Origin: Epiperipatus broadwayi
Lineage: Eukaryota; Animalia; Onychophora
Assembly (NCBI GenBank): GCA_028023455.1
Contig: JAQFVV010000003.1
Span: 26,846,001-26,910,000 of the forward strand
DNA: 64,000 bases
Direction: 5' to 3'
In this document: positions 52,762-64,000 of the stretch, piece by piece
Layout: the number at the start of each line of letters is the position of its first letter
Position numbering within the stretch: position 1 is the stretch's first letter
Position numbers and translations under genes: made by a program
Notes under the pieces: generated by a model
What the model was told of the DNA's origin: nothing
Seen by the model: only the letters and a program-made list of their open reading frames with translations
The model's database searches: none

Positions 52762-52828
52762 TTCTAGGATGAGTGTATATTTATTTAAAGTGGGAATCAA
52801 GAGTTATATTCCTTTAATTTGTTTTAAT

Positions 52829-54190
52829 ATGTGATGTGATGCATTGATGTATTTTGGCTTCTCCTTAAATGAAGTCAAGAATATCTCAGCAATTATACCT
52901 AGATAAATCTGTTAGTCACTTTATTTTCCATTCCCCACTCTAAGTCTTCCCATATTCTGCCCCATCCCATTTTCACAACATAATCTTTGTCAACTCTATG
53001 GCTTTTATATCTAAATCCCTCTTATCTTTTCACAACCCCATCATAAAAACCAATAACTCACTTTCTGTATAATCACTTTGTTCATATCTATTCTCCCATA
53101 ACTTCATTATCTATACCCTTTCTGCTTTTAAGCATTTACATTCCATCAACAGATGCCTAATATTTTCTTTACCTTCCTTACACAATTTGCACACTAAATC
53201 ATCCATAGTTTTCCATTTACATATATATTCTCTTGTTGCTAAAGATCCCATTCGAGCCTTAAACAATAAACTACTTTCCTTACTATTATCATAAATTAAC
53301 TCGCATCCAATGTTCCGTTTACTTTTATATATATTTAAACTCTTCTTACCCTCCATACTAGTTTTCCATCTCTCCAACTCCTTATTTTTTATTAATACTT
53401 CTATTCTTTTATCCCATTCCTTACCACTATAACACTCAACAATCCTCCTAACACAATCATACCACCTTTTATATAAGTATACTGATATAAATTCTTTATC
53501 CAAATCTTTTGCATACCGCATTATCTTTCTCACCCATCTTGTTACCTGCCCTTTACTCATAACCCAATTAAACACTATTTTGGCTATTCTTTTATTATCC
53601 ATAAACTACAACCTACCAAACATTTTTATTTTACTTTTTGCATCTCTCATATAAAAACTTGACCATCCCATTTCTCATTGAATTGCCTCCTTTGCTGTCC
53701 ACATCTCTTCATGTAATGCATGTTTTCCTACTTCCCTTTGTACTTTCTCTAAATAATCTAAAACCCTTTTACTAACACATAATGCATCATTACCATATGT
53801 TAACCCTGCTACTGCAACTCCCTTCCATACAATTCTAGCTACATCATATTTATTATATGAAAATACTGTTAATTTCTTTACCAAACCCTTTCTTTTTTTT
53901 GCTTCATTTACCAATTTTTTTTTCCCATTTATCCAAGCAATTTTCCTGATTACATAAGATGATTCCCAAATACCTATATCTATCCACCACACTTAACTTT
54001 ATATCCCCCAATGAAAATTCTACATCTTCTCTTTCCCCAGTATTAACCGTCATTATAATTGATTTTTCTTCACTAAATTTAATCCCCATCTCTTTATCCA
54101 CCCTTGCACATATCCACTCACCAACTGTTTTAATTCCCTCTTCTGTCATTTATCAATAATAATATCTGATCATCCATTGCTACCATTATG
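52829..54190 (-). mobile_element. 5'-truncated non-LTR retrotransposon (RT thumb plus C-terminal CCHC finger)
   Basis: Frameshifted ORFs 53904-54149 (GIKFSEEKS, YRYLGI), 53675-53992 (VWKGVAVAGLTYGN), 53111-53602 (CKLCKEGKENIRHLLMEC). CATCA-like 3' tail at 52829-52850. Clade not assigned. Confidence 0.9.
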
Positions 54191-54779
54191 CGTGACCTCG
54201 TGATTTCTTTTACAAGATTCTTATCAAGAAATTTATTGTTTTAATTGTTGTTTTAAAACACTGATCATTTTACATATTTTAAATTTATACATAAAACTGA
54301 CAGTTGTTATTTATTCACAGTAATTATAGCAGGATATGTGTGCGACTAGGTATATATATTGATGGTGGTTATCAACCACTAAATAAAGTAATAAGTAATT
54401 TTAGGTGAATAAAAAAAAAATTATAATTTATACTTTGATTAAAATGAATCATAGACATCTTATTGGCTTATTATACACCATTATTTTTGGATTATAAATG
54501 AAAGAGATCATTAAAATCCAAATCTTTTAATTGTAACAATAAAATAGGAAAATTGCATTATTTATGTTTATTTGTTTACACTAGAAATTCAGCGTCAATT
54601 AGTGGTAGAAATTCAATACTGTAATTGTAATAAATATTGCACTATTTTTGTATATTAAAAAGTGCCAATAAAAAGAGAAATACATAAAAACTTGTGTAAT
54701 TTATTAGGGAATACTTGTATTGCTTTAAAAAAAATAAGAAAAAAAGATACATTTAAATCTATTATCTACTTACATTTAC

Positions 54780-54918
54780 AGAGGCAAAAACTCTCCATAC
54801 AGTAGCATCCATTGATTACTCTGGCTTGCACTGAATGGTGTTACTGTATGGAAAGTTTTGCCTCTGTGAAAAACAGCTTGTATAAGCATAAAAAATGATG
54901 ACCATGTGATGTTTGATG
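54780..54918. mobile_element. Family A minimal inverted insertion (139 bp, no HHR)
   Basis: Left arm 54780-54804, right arm 54805-54918. Perfect 15-bp direct repeat TCTACTTACATTTAC at 54765-54779 and 54919-54933. Confidence 0.85.
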
Positions 54919-57900
54919 TCTACTTACATTTACTTGAAATTTTGCATCATTGTCAAAAAAATTATAGCTGCAGTTTCTTTATACATTTTTAAAAAATAAC
55001 ACGATCAAATGTAAAAATGACTGACAAGAATTGACATTTTGAGGATAAACCATTAGTGCAGAATTGTAAACTTTTTAACAATTTAACTTTTTTAACATAA
55101 AGATCATTATATATTCTGAAGACATTTTGTTACATTGAATTAAAATGAGATAATTTTGCATAGACATTAAAATTATATTTTTTTTATGTTTGAAAATAAA
55201 TTTTTAGAATGTAATATAAATATTCTGATTTTGGCTGTTACACAATTACAATCAATACACATTCATACAGCTTTTGGATAACTTAAACTTCTTTATAAAA
55301 GACTATGTTATAGATTCCATATTCATTTACCACATCATCTTACATCAAGTGATTGATATAGAAAACTGCCACCATATTTTTTTTCTAATTTTTTTTTTTC
55401 ATTTAACTTTTAGCATAGAATTATAACTTTTTTAAATTTGGTTGTTAAGTCAGAGTTGTGAATCAATAAAGGTTCATAGAGCTTATAGTTAAATGGCAAT
55501 TCTTTATAAAAGATTGTATTATGGATATAACTATGCTTTTGCTTTTTTGTTTGATGTAATATGCTACCATACTTTTTCTGTTGTTTTATCTTGAGAATTA
55601 ATACATTTAAACTTGATTTTTAAAACCTTTTTATTATATGCTGCAAAATTATAGTTTTGTAATACTGTATTGGATGATCAGAAACTGCTAAAAAAATAGA
55701 TTTCAAATTCATGAAGTTCAGATTAACAGTAATATAGTGGTATTTTAATTTTTTTATTAAACATTAAATATATGTAATAATTACTAATGCATGAATTTTG
55801 GTACCTTGAATTTACTGATAACACATGTTACATGTTGAAAATGCATCTTGGAAGTTATTTACATTTTTCTCATATCTGTAACTATGTGTTTAAAAGATGT
55901 AACATGAATTTTTGTGTTATTTGAGAAGTATATAAGATTTTGTGCATAAATAGTAAGAATGTAGATCCAAGCAGGAGTTATGCATTAATAAATATTAATA
56001 GATATATTTAATAGAAAATTAAAGTATATAGTTGGGTTGAAGAAATATAATAATTTTTAAACATGATTAACAATTAAATTGTTTAAAGGCAACAATTATC
56101 TATGAATGTATGGATATAAAGTGATGATTAGAAACTGAATTAAGATAAATAGAAATAGAAAATAATAGGGCTGATAGTCTTTGGGACATGTGATGACTTG
56201 AATCTATTAAAAGTCGTAGTTATTGTTGGAGTATACATTGGTAATATAATGTGAGAGATGGTACTGTCTGAAAAATAGTTAATTATATTAATTATGTTTT
56301 ATTAATTGGTATAACTGTTCGTGTTCCTAATTAATAGTAATGATGCTTACTATTTTACAATGGTGCTTCTTCAATTGTGCTATCTTAGTTCTACTAGATA
56401 ATCCTCTTCATGTTTATATATATTTAATATATTTAAAACTTCCATTCCACTACCCATTAATGAAATATATGATTAAAAATAAGGTAACCAACCTCCAGGA
56501 TACATTTTATATTGATCCAGCACTCTTCAATTGGCCCAAATCATAATCTCTTCCTTGTCTTCATCATTTGTTTAATATTTAACTTTCTACACTCACCACT
56601 TTGACACAAACCACTTCTAATAAATGTATTGAAGATTATTATTAATCATTTATTAAGCTAAAGATTCCTATTAACCCAGATATATCTTTAAACCTTAGTA
56701 TATCTTAATATATCTTTTTTTTTAATTAAATATATGAAATGTCAACATGTCTATCTCTCTCTTTTATCATGTATAGTTTTTTTTTTTTTAGATATGAATT
56801 AAAACTTTAACTCCACAGTCTTAACACATGAATTAATAAAAATAAAATAAAAAGATAAATCGATCTTTAATTGAAGTTTAATATTTATATCTGAGCTACA
56901 GTTAATCTTGAGTTTAATAAATGATTTCCAATAATCACGAATGTATTTATCTGCAGCTGTTGGGTTTTAAAATTAATAATTAAATAATTTATCTTACTTT
57001 TATTAATTTGGTTATGAAATAATTTATAATTTTTGTTTTTACAATTCAAAATATAAAGTGATTAAGATCTTTGCAATATTTTATTTAGTTTCTTTGAACT
57101 TTATTTCACTAGTGATCTCTTTTCTAGATCTTTTTACAATTTTTTGGGATCAGCTATCATCTTTTCTATAAATAAGACGTTTCATTTCAGCCTGTTAATT
57201 TTTTTTTCAATGATTAATAATATATTTATTGTGATGAATTAAGCTTAAGCTTGTTAGAGAATTCTCCGTGCATTAATATTTAACTCGGTGCCCATAAGCC
57301 ATTTTCCTTTAAAAATTTGCAATAATTTTTTTTGTTTGTTTGTTTCAAAAAGAAGATGAAAATGTTTCTACCAAGTAGAATGTTTCAAAAATATAAACTT
57401 TCAAAAGCAGTATAACGACTAGAATAAAAATGTTGATTTTTTTTTTTTAAATCTTGGCTTCAGTATCATTTTATAATTGAATTGTTATTTTACTACCAAA
57501 TCTCCAATAAAATTTTTCTTATTTAAAAATGAATTTATTATGCATCTTTAAATTTGCAATGAAAAGAGTTTTTGAAACTTCTCCAACTTATCTTTATTTA
57601 GCACTTTTAAGAGATCATAAAAAAAATCTGTAGTAAGTTATTACCCATCCTATCTTAAGCAATTTGGAAAATGATATAATCCAAATCATCCTATGCTTTC
57701 CTTAAATCACACTATCAGGTCAACATCATTTGATTCTTTCAGCTTACTGCAATAACGAGCATTATTCTAGAGACATCCATTATCAAGTTTTATAAGAAGC
57801 TGAAAAATAGGCATATCATATTTCACATGTCTTTAAAAAATTATTTGCCATAAAATCATTTTTGATGGCCATCAATTTCAGTGTGAAGTAAGGATCAATC

Positions 57901-58167
57901 AAAAATATCACTTTCAAAGTGATATATTAAGAGAATGGAATTTAACTTTGTTTAAAAGCAACAATAACCATTTAGAAAAAAAATTATAAATTTGATCACA
58001 AGATTTTTTTGCAACCAAATGATGGTAGGTAATTAATGTAATGTTTAGTAATAATATTTATAAGGTAAAGATAACAATGAACACAGCACCCACAGTAGTA
58101 TGATATATCTTATACTAATAGTGAAGGCCATGTTACAACCATTTTTTTTTCCAGTTTACATTTTAAT

Positions 58168-58260
58168 CCAGATTAATCTGGGCCTATTATTCTCTGGCTA
58201 AGGAATATGAGATTCCTGTTTGCCAGTCACCATCGGATAACCAACTAGGATATCTGTGTT
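58168..58260 (+). repeat. Dispersed old repeat (family E) starting with palindrome CCAGATTAATCTGG
   Basis: Same 14-bp palindrome and loose downstream similarity at 61300-61400; weaker similarity at ~6178-6245. Confidence 0.35.
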
Positions 58261-60453
58261 TTATATAGATGACAAACCCTATAGCTGTTTATGACTTGAT
58301 GCTTTAACCAATTCAAACACGGGCATGACAGGCAGTATCTAAAGCACATATCCACAACTTTTTTTTAGTAAAATTTTGATAATGACATATCTTTGATGAT
58401 ACTCCATCAGGTAAAGTATATAGTGTCCTTTTGTATTAGTATTTAATTTCTTCACAAATAATAATTTTTATTTTGACTTTTTCATCTTTTATGAAACTTA
58501 TGTAAGTATAAATTATAAAAAGTTATTGCCTGAAGTTGCAAATTTTTTTGAATGTAAAAAACTATATAATGTATTTCCTATGGATTTATAAGTATTAGCA
58601 TTTAATATTAATATTTATCTCCATGCAATTTAAGTCAATGATAGAATGATGACTGCTAAGAGTTTATATTTCTGAATAAGAAGTCAACCCATCACTTCTA
58701 ATACTAAAAGTGACCTTCTAAGCATCAAAGTATTTGATTATTTATTTATTAAAAAAGAATGATTAATTTGTTGCTTGGAAGTTTATAAATAGTTTGAGCC
58801 CTGAAAATGACAGAACTGGAGCATTATCAATAGCCTCTGAGTTTCAGGTTTTGCCACTAAATAAAAGTCAAGCTGGACATTTATAATGTTTATTAATATT
58901 TATATATGTTTAAAAAATTTTATAATTTTCTCTGACCATAATATTAAATTTAATATTTTAAGTGTAATTTTAAGCTCAATTTTGATTGAATTATTATAGT
59001 AGTATGCATTTAAAAAAATGTAAAGGGCCCACTAAAATTTTTGAATTAGCTCTAGGTATTGAGATGCCAAAATAAACTGGGTTAATGGAGAAGTTCTATA
59101 AGCAATCAGTAGACTATCATCATCATCATTATTAAGGATCATTTGTAATTGAGAATAGTCAATCTAATTAATGGAGTATAAAACAGAGGTAGAGAAAAAA
59201 TGAAGGATAAAAAATAAAAAGGAAAAAAGAAACAAAATATTAGACTGAGAGTTTTTAAAGGATGGAAAAATAGTTGTGCAACCACAGTCTTGTTATCATA
59301 GTCAGTGCAGAGGAATAGCTAATGGTAAGAGTTATTATTTTATAATTGTTCTTATATTGCTCTATGTTGTTTGTTTCAATGATAGAATGGCATACTCCGA
59401 AACTGAAGATTCTTGCATCACAGCTCAGCTCTGACACTTCTAGTGCTCAAACTTATGATCTCTTGAGTATTAAACTGTTCAATTATTATTTCATTTGTAC
59501 TGTTTTATATTCACTCCTTTTTAAATCAAGATTGTCTGAATTTTTTTTTCTCTTTTTACATTCTTTTTAAATAGCTTCAACTTTGTATATTCATATATAA
59601 ACCATGTGACAATCAATGTGGTTTTAATTTAAGTATTATTTGCCAACTTTCTTCTGAAATGCATCTGGTCCTAAATTAAGTTTTTAAAATAAAAATGATT
59701 TTTCGTCATTATTAATTTAGTAAAATTCTCTCTTGATTTTTTTTTTTAAATCTTAGTATCTTCAGTCACTTAAATGTTAATTACAGGGATTGATCATTAT
59801 TTGGGCATATCTTTTTTTAGTTTCTCCATTTGCATCTGTGGCAGAAAATTTAATATGCATATATTATAATGGAACTAGAAACTCCCACCAAATATTTGTG
59901 GATAAGTTAATCTTAACTAAAAATCCTGAATTTGATTTTACCCATTTTGCAGATTACTTTAAACAAATACTTGAATAGTCTATAATTTATTTTTTTATCA
60001 TTAGCATTCTGAATGTTCTGATATCTTTTATCATTCACTTCTTTTATTTAACTACTATCTCTAATAGGTGATTCACTTTCAGTCTGCATCTTGAAATTTT
60101 ATTCTTGGGGTGGGGGGGGCAATTTGTATTCACTTTCTTCACCTTTTCTTTACATTAATAGCATGTATATAATAGATGTTTGTTCATTGTAACATTCATT
60201 AAAAAGCATAATACTTTAAAATTGTTGTGATATAGAGAAAAAATGTTTTCTAACAATCATCCATCAATTAAATGTACAAAATCTGTATCTTTTGTGTTAA
60301 TTTTTCTTTTTCATATATAAAAAAAAATGTAATTAAATTGAAATGTTCATTATTTTTAAATGTTTATCTTACTTGAATTACTGCAAAGATTTATTATTAT
60401 TACAGATAATAGTTAAATATATGAATGTGTAAAGAATAATAATAATCCATGGT

Positions 60454-61176
60454 TCAAAACAAAACAACACTCTCCATATAGTAGTGCCATCTTGTGCTAA
60501 CAAGAGCAATAAATGGATGCCAGAAGGCTTGTGCATAAAATCCCTATCTAGTGCCTACTCATCCAATATCCCCAGACTAGTTTCTGGCTTGTGGCCTTCA
60601 TCAGTGAGGAGCCTTGGATCTGAGAGCACTGCACCTAGATCTTAGGATCTAATGCAACCCTCCAGCACCCACCTTTTAACTCTATTTAACTACAAAACTA
60701 TGAGAATGAAATTGAAAACACTATTAATATTTTCAATCCAAACTCAATAGCTTATATAGTCATGTGGGTCTGAACTCAATTCAGTACCCATACATTTTGG
60801 TGTCTTTGGCTCTTTAACAACCATAGCCACCACTATCCTATTAGGCAGGATTGGTGTTAAACCACTAAACATCACATGATCACTATCTCATACTAGCACA
60901 ATAATTGTTATTAAACAATTCAAAACAAAACAACACTCTCCATATAGTAGTGCCATCTTGTGCTGATGAAGGCCACAAGCCAGAAACTAGTCTGGGGATA
61001 TTGGATGAGTAGGCACTAGATAGGGATTTTATGCACAAGCCTTCTGGCATCCATTTATTGCTCTTGTTAGCACAAGATGGCACTACTATATGGAGAGTGT
61101 TGTTTTGTTTTGAATTGTTTAATAACAATTATTGTGCTAGTATGAGATAGTGATCATGTGATGTTTAGTGGTTTAA
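60454..61176. mobile_element. Family A, 466-nt subfamily, inverted pair
   Basis: Left arm 60454-60964 (TCAAAACAAAAC at 60454 and 60920), right arm 60963-61176. 12/13 direct repeat AATAA(T/C)CCATGGT at 60441-60453 and 61175-61187. Confidence 0.92.
60561..60619 (-). ncRNA. Minimal type I hammerhead ribozyme motif (family A)
   Basis: ATCCAA-GGC-TCCTCA-CTGATGA-AGGCCACAAGCCA-GAAA-CTAGTC-TGGGGA-TA-TTGGAT. Confidence 0.75.
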
Positions 61177-63609
61177 TAACCCATGGTCTAATAGTGCCTA
61201 TAAGAATATACCAACAGTCCACAGGGAATAAATATGGGATCATATTACAATTGTATTTTTTTACATTATAATCAATGCATCAATATTTTTCTGTCCAACC
61301 CAGATTAATCTGGAACTTTTATTATCTAGCTATAATAACTAGATACCCATTTACAATCTAATACCTGATTGTTAGTTAGATTTTCTATCTGCTGAATCCC
61401 AGATAAAAAAAATTCAAAACTTGATTGTAATCTAAATAGATAATATATGAAATATATTAAAATGATATGCAAAATTTTATATGTGATGTGACTATTTAAT
61501 ATACAGGATTATTTAATCATTAAAATATATGAGTATTCTCAGATTAGTAGGACATTATTGAAAAAAATGCATTTCTCAATATTCATAATCATAAACTACA
61601 TCTTTATGTAATATTTTCAACATTAAAGCATTTAACCCAATATTGTACTATCTTTTTGAAACTAGGACAACATAATGGCAGTTGTCAAATTACTGATTAA
61701 GATTAGTTATAAATATTCATTTGACTTTTATCATATATCTGATATTATTTCTATCAACTAACAATCCTTTAAATTACATTCTTCTTATATATTTCTATGA
61801 ACTTTGTGACTTTTAGTACCTTTCCACTGGATCTTAGCCCTATTAGTTAGATATATATTTTATTTCTTTAAATATTTTGATTTGTGGTGTTCTAAGAAAA
61901 CTCACAATTTGGAATTGGAAAATTTTTTTTTTTTTTTTTTGCAGACAAAAGTCAGAAGTTTATTTTTTATATAATATTATATATCACTGTATGTTTTCAT
62001 CTTTAGATTTTATATATATGTAAAGTGTATATACAATTATGGGGTAGATTTGAGCTGAAATGATGAAGTATCTTTCTGCTATGCTGAAATTTGGGTGAAT
62101 AAACATGAAAAAAAAAAATTATTGCTCAAATTACATTTAAGGTTTTTTTTTAGATAACTAGTTTAGCAAATGGATAATTATTTACTTGTAGTTAGAGAGT
62201 AAACAAAAATTGAAACCCTGCTCAAACTTTCATTATCTCACATTTTACAAGTCTAATGAGAAATGTTCTTTCTTTATTCCTTTATAAGAGAGAAAGCGTT
62301 TATCTTCCTTTATTTTACAGAGAAAATATTTATATAACAACAGATCATACATTAGTTAAACTGCTGTTATTCCGTAAAGTTTTTGAAATAGTATGATTAA
62401 AGTAATAAGAAAAGTGAATCATCTTATCACTCTTGAGCGAATGATTTCTTCTTCATCAGTAGTAAAGACTGCATCATTAATGGTCAGCTCACCAACATTT
62501 ATATGATCATTTCAAAGTTTGCGTGATAAAGTTTCAAGTATAGCTGAAAATATTTTCAGACTACATTTGGATTTCTACTAGATCAAAAACATAGCAGACA
62601 AATGCAATAATTATCCACTATATCGTGAAGCCCAACTCTCGTTTGTATATGCAAATTTTTATTTTGGATTGCTTTTTGAAATTTTTATTTTCTAATTTTA
62701 AAAATAGTTACTGAATGTATATACTATTTTTAAATCCTATAAACTATTTTTAACTGATTTTATTAAATACTGTAAAAAAACAGTTTTTATATAAGGATAT
62801 GTGAGTAGCATGTTTGAAATTCACTACAAATGCATACTAACATTTTGGCTTATTTCCATCTCATCCTCCATTGACCCCACACACTTTCTCTAGATAGTCA
62901 TATATCAGAATAGAAATATTACGCCTCTTTATAATTGATTTTAAAAATAATTTTGTTTGTTAAAAAAAAAGCCTAGTTTATAGATCAATTATATGATTTT
63001 TAATTATTGCATAGTTAGTATCTATTCAACCGTGAGCAAGAACACACACATCTTTGAATGTCTTTTCCATGAGGGTACACCCTGGAAACTTCACCAGTTA
63101 TTTTCTTTTTTAAAAAAAAAAATGTTAATTATGTTTTGGTAGACAGAAATAAAGATTAATTTCAAATCGTCTTTGTTATATATATAAAAAAAATAACTGT
63201 TTCCTTAGTAGCAATATTATTTTCATTTGTCGCTATTCGCTTTTACAAAAAAAAGAAAAAAGATTATTCACACTAAGAAATAATTCAACTGATCACATTC
63301 AGACTTCCCCATATCACATGATCAAGCAGACAGTGTCACCTTCAGGAATGATTGATATTAGAAGGTGTTTTTGTTTTGAAATGTAATAAATAATTCATTC
63401 GGATTTCTCAAAGAATAAAAATATTCTGTGTTGTCAGCTGATTATTATCCAATGGTTTGTTTTTGAGATTAGAGAAATGTTTTTTTTTTTTTTAAATAAA
63501 CTCTGATGTAAAGATTTGAAGTATGAAAATGACTTCATAAATAGCAATAACACATATTTAGGTTATCCTTTAAAAATAACAAAAATATTAAAGGTAGTTA
63601 TAGTTGTAG

Positions 63610-63790
63610 ATAGGGCACGCGGCGAAAAGTTTGCTTAGTAATCATTAAATAGTTTTTAGTGTGGATGCGGTCCCTATTTAATTTTTGAAAACGTAGAAAA
63701 TCTTGGTTTCTTGCCAAATCATTTGATTGTTATTGTTTAAACCGCTTAAATGAAATAAAAACAACAATGGAAACGGTGAAACGACATTTA
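63610..63790. promoter_or_regulatory. CpG-retaining patch, possible promoter or first-exon region
   Basis: CACGCGGCG, GCGG, ACGT, ACCG, ACGG and ACGA clustered in a CpG-poor window; ACAACAATGG at ~63761-63770. Confidence 0.25.
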
Positions 63791-64000
63791 AATCTTCAAA
63801 TTAATACTTTATTTTATTTTTTGACTTGTAGTTAAAATGAATAAAATACATTGGAAAAGAAGTGAAAATAAAATAATTGATAAAATCTGTGAAGGTTTTA
63901 TGTGAGTTCTTTACCCCCCCCCCTCCATTTTTCTTTTTATGAACTAGAAGGCTAGTATAATACATTTTGCAATGAAATAGTAATTTCTTACTAGTTATAC

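Noticed and set aside
3150-61128. Supplied six-frame ORFs as stand-alone genes
   Set aside because: Most are low-complexity F/I/L/Y-rich chance ORFs or antisense to TE relics (e.g. 8497-8856, 47583-48132). Only 47931-48113 and the three minus-strand ORFs at 53111-54149 reflect real TE coding sequence.

Overview
Very AT-rich, CpG-depleted eukaryotic (probably invertebrate animal) DNA with no long intact ORF; no CRISPR array, rRNA or genuine tRNA gene was seen. The main discovery is a cluster of at least four unrelated non-coding repeat families (A: 456-466 nt monomer; B: 439 nt; C: ~285-308 nt; D: a foldback). Most copies share one insertion signature: a 12-19 bp target-site duplication (TSD) enclosing two oppositely oriented arms, often with tandem monomers. 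Families A, B and D carry minimal type I hammerhead ribozyme (HHR) motifs (near-intact in A, decayed in B and D), with a palindromic stem III in A and B. This points to non-autonomous Penelope-like (PLE) or retrozyme-type retroelements. Family C has the same architecture but no recognisable HHR and is nested inside D. Also present: decayed RTE-type LINEs, a LINE with a C-terminal CCHC finger, a decayed Gypsy element interrupted by a tRNA-like SINE, a hAT MITE, local tandem duplications, and a tentative chain of short phase-compatible exons suggesting an unidentified minus-strand gene at ~11-40 kb. All alignments, folds and translations were done by eye; ribozyme activity and the gene model are untested.
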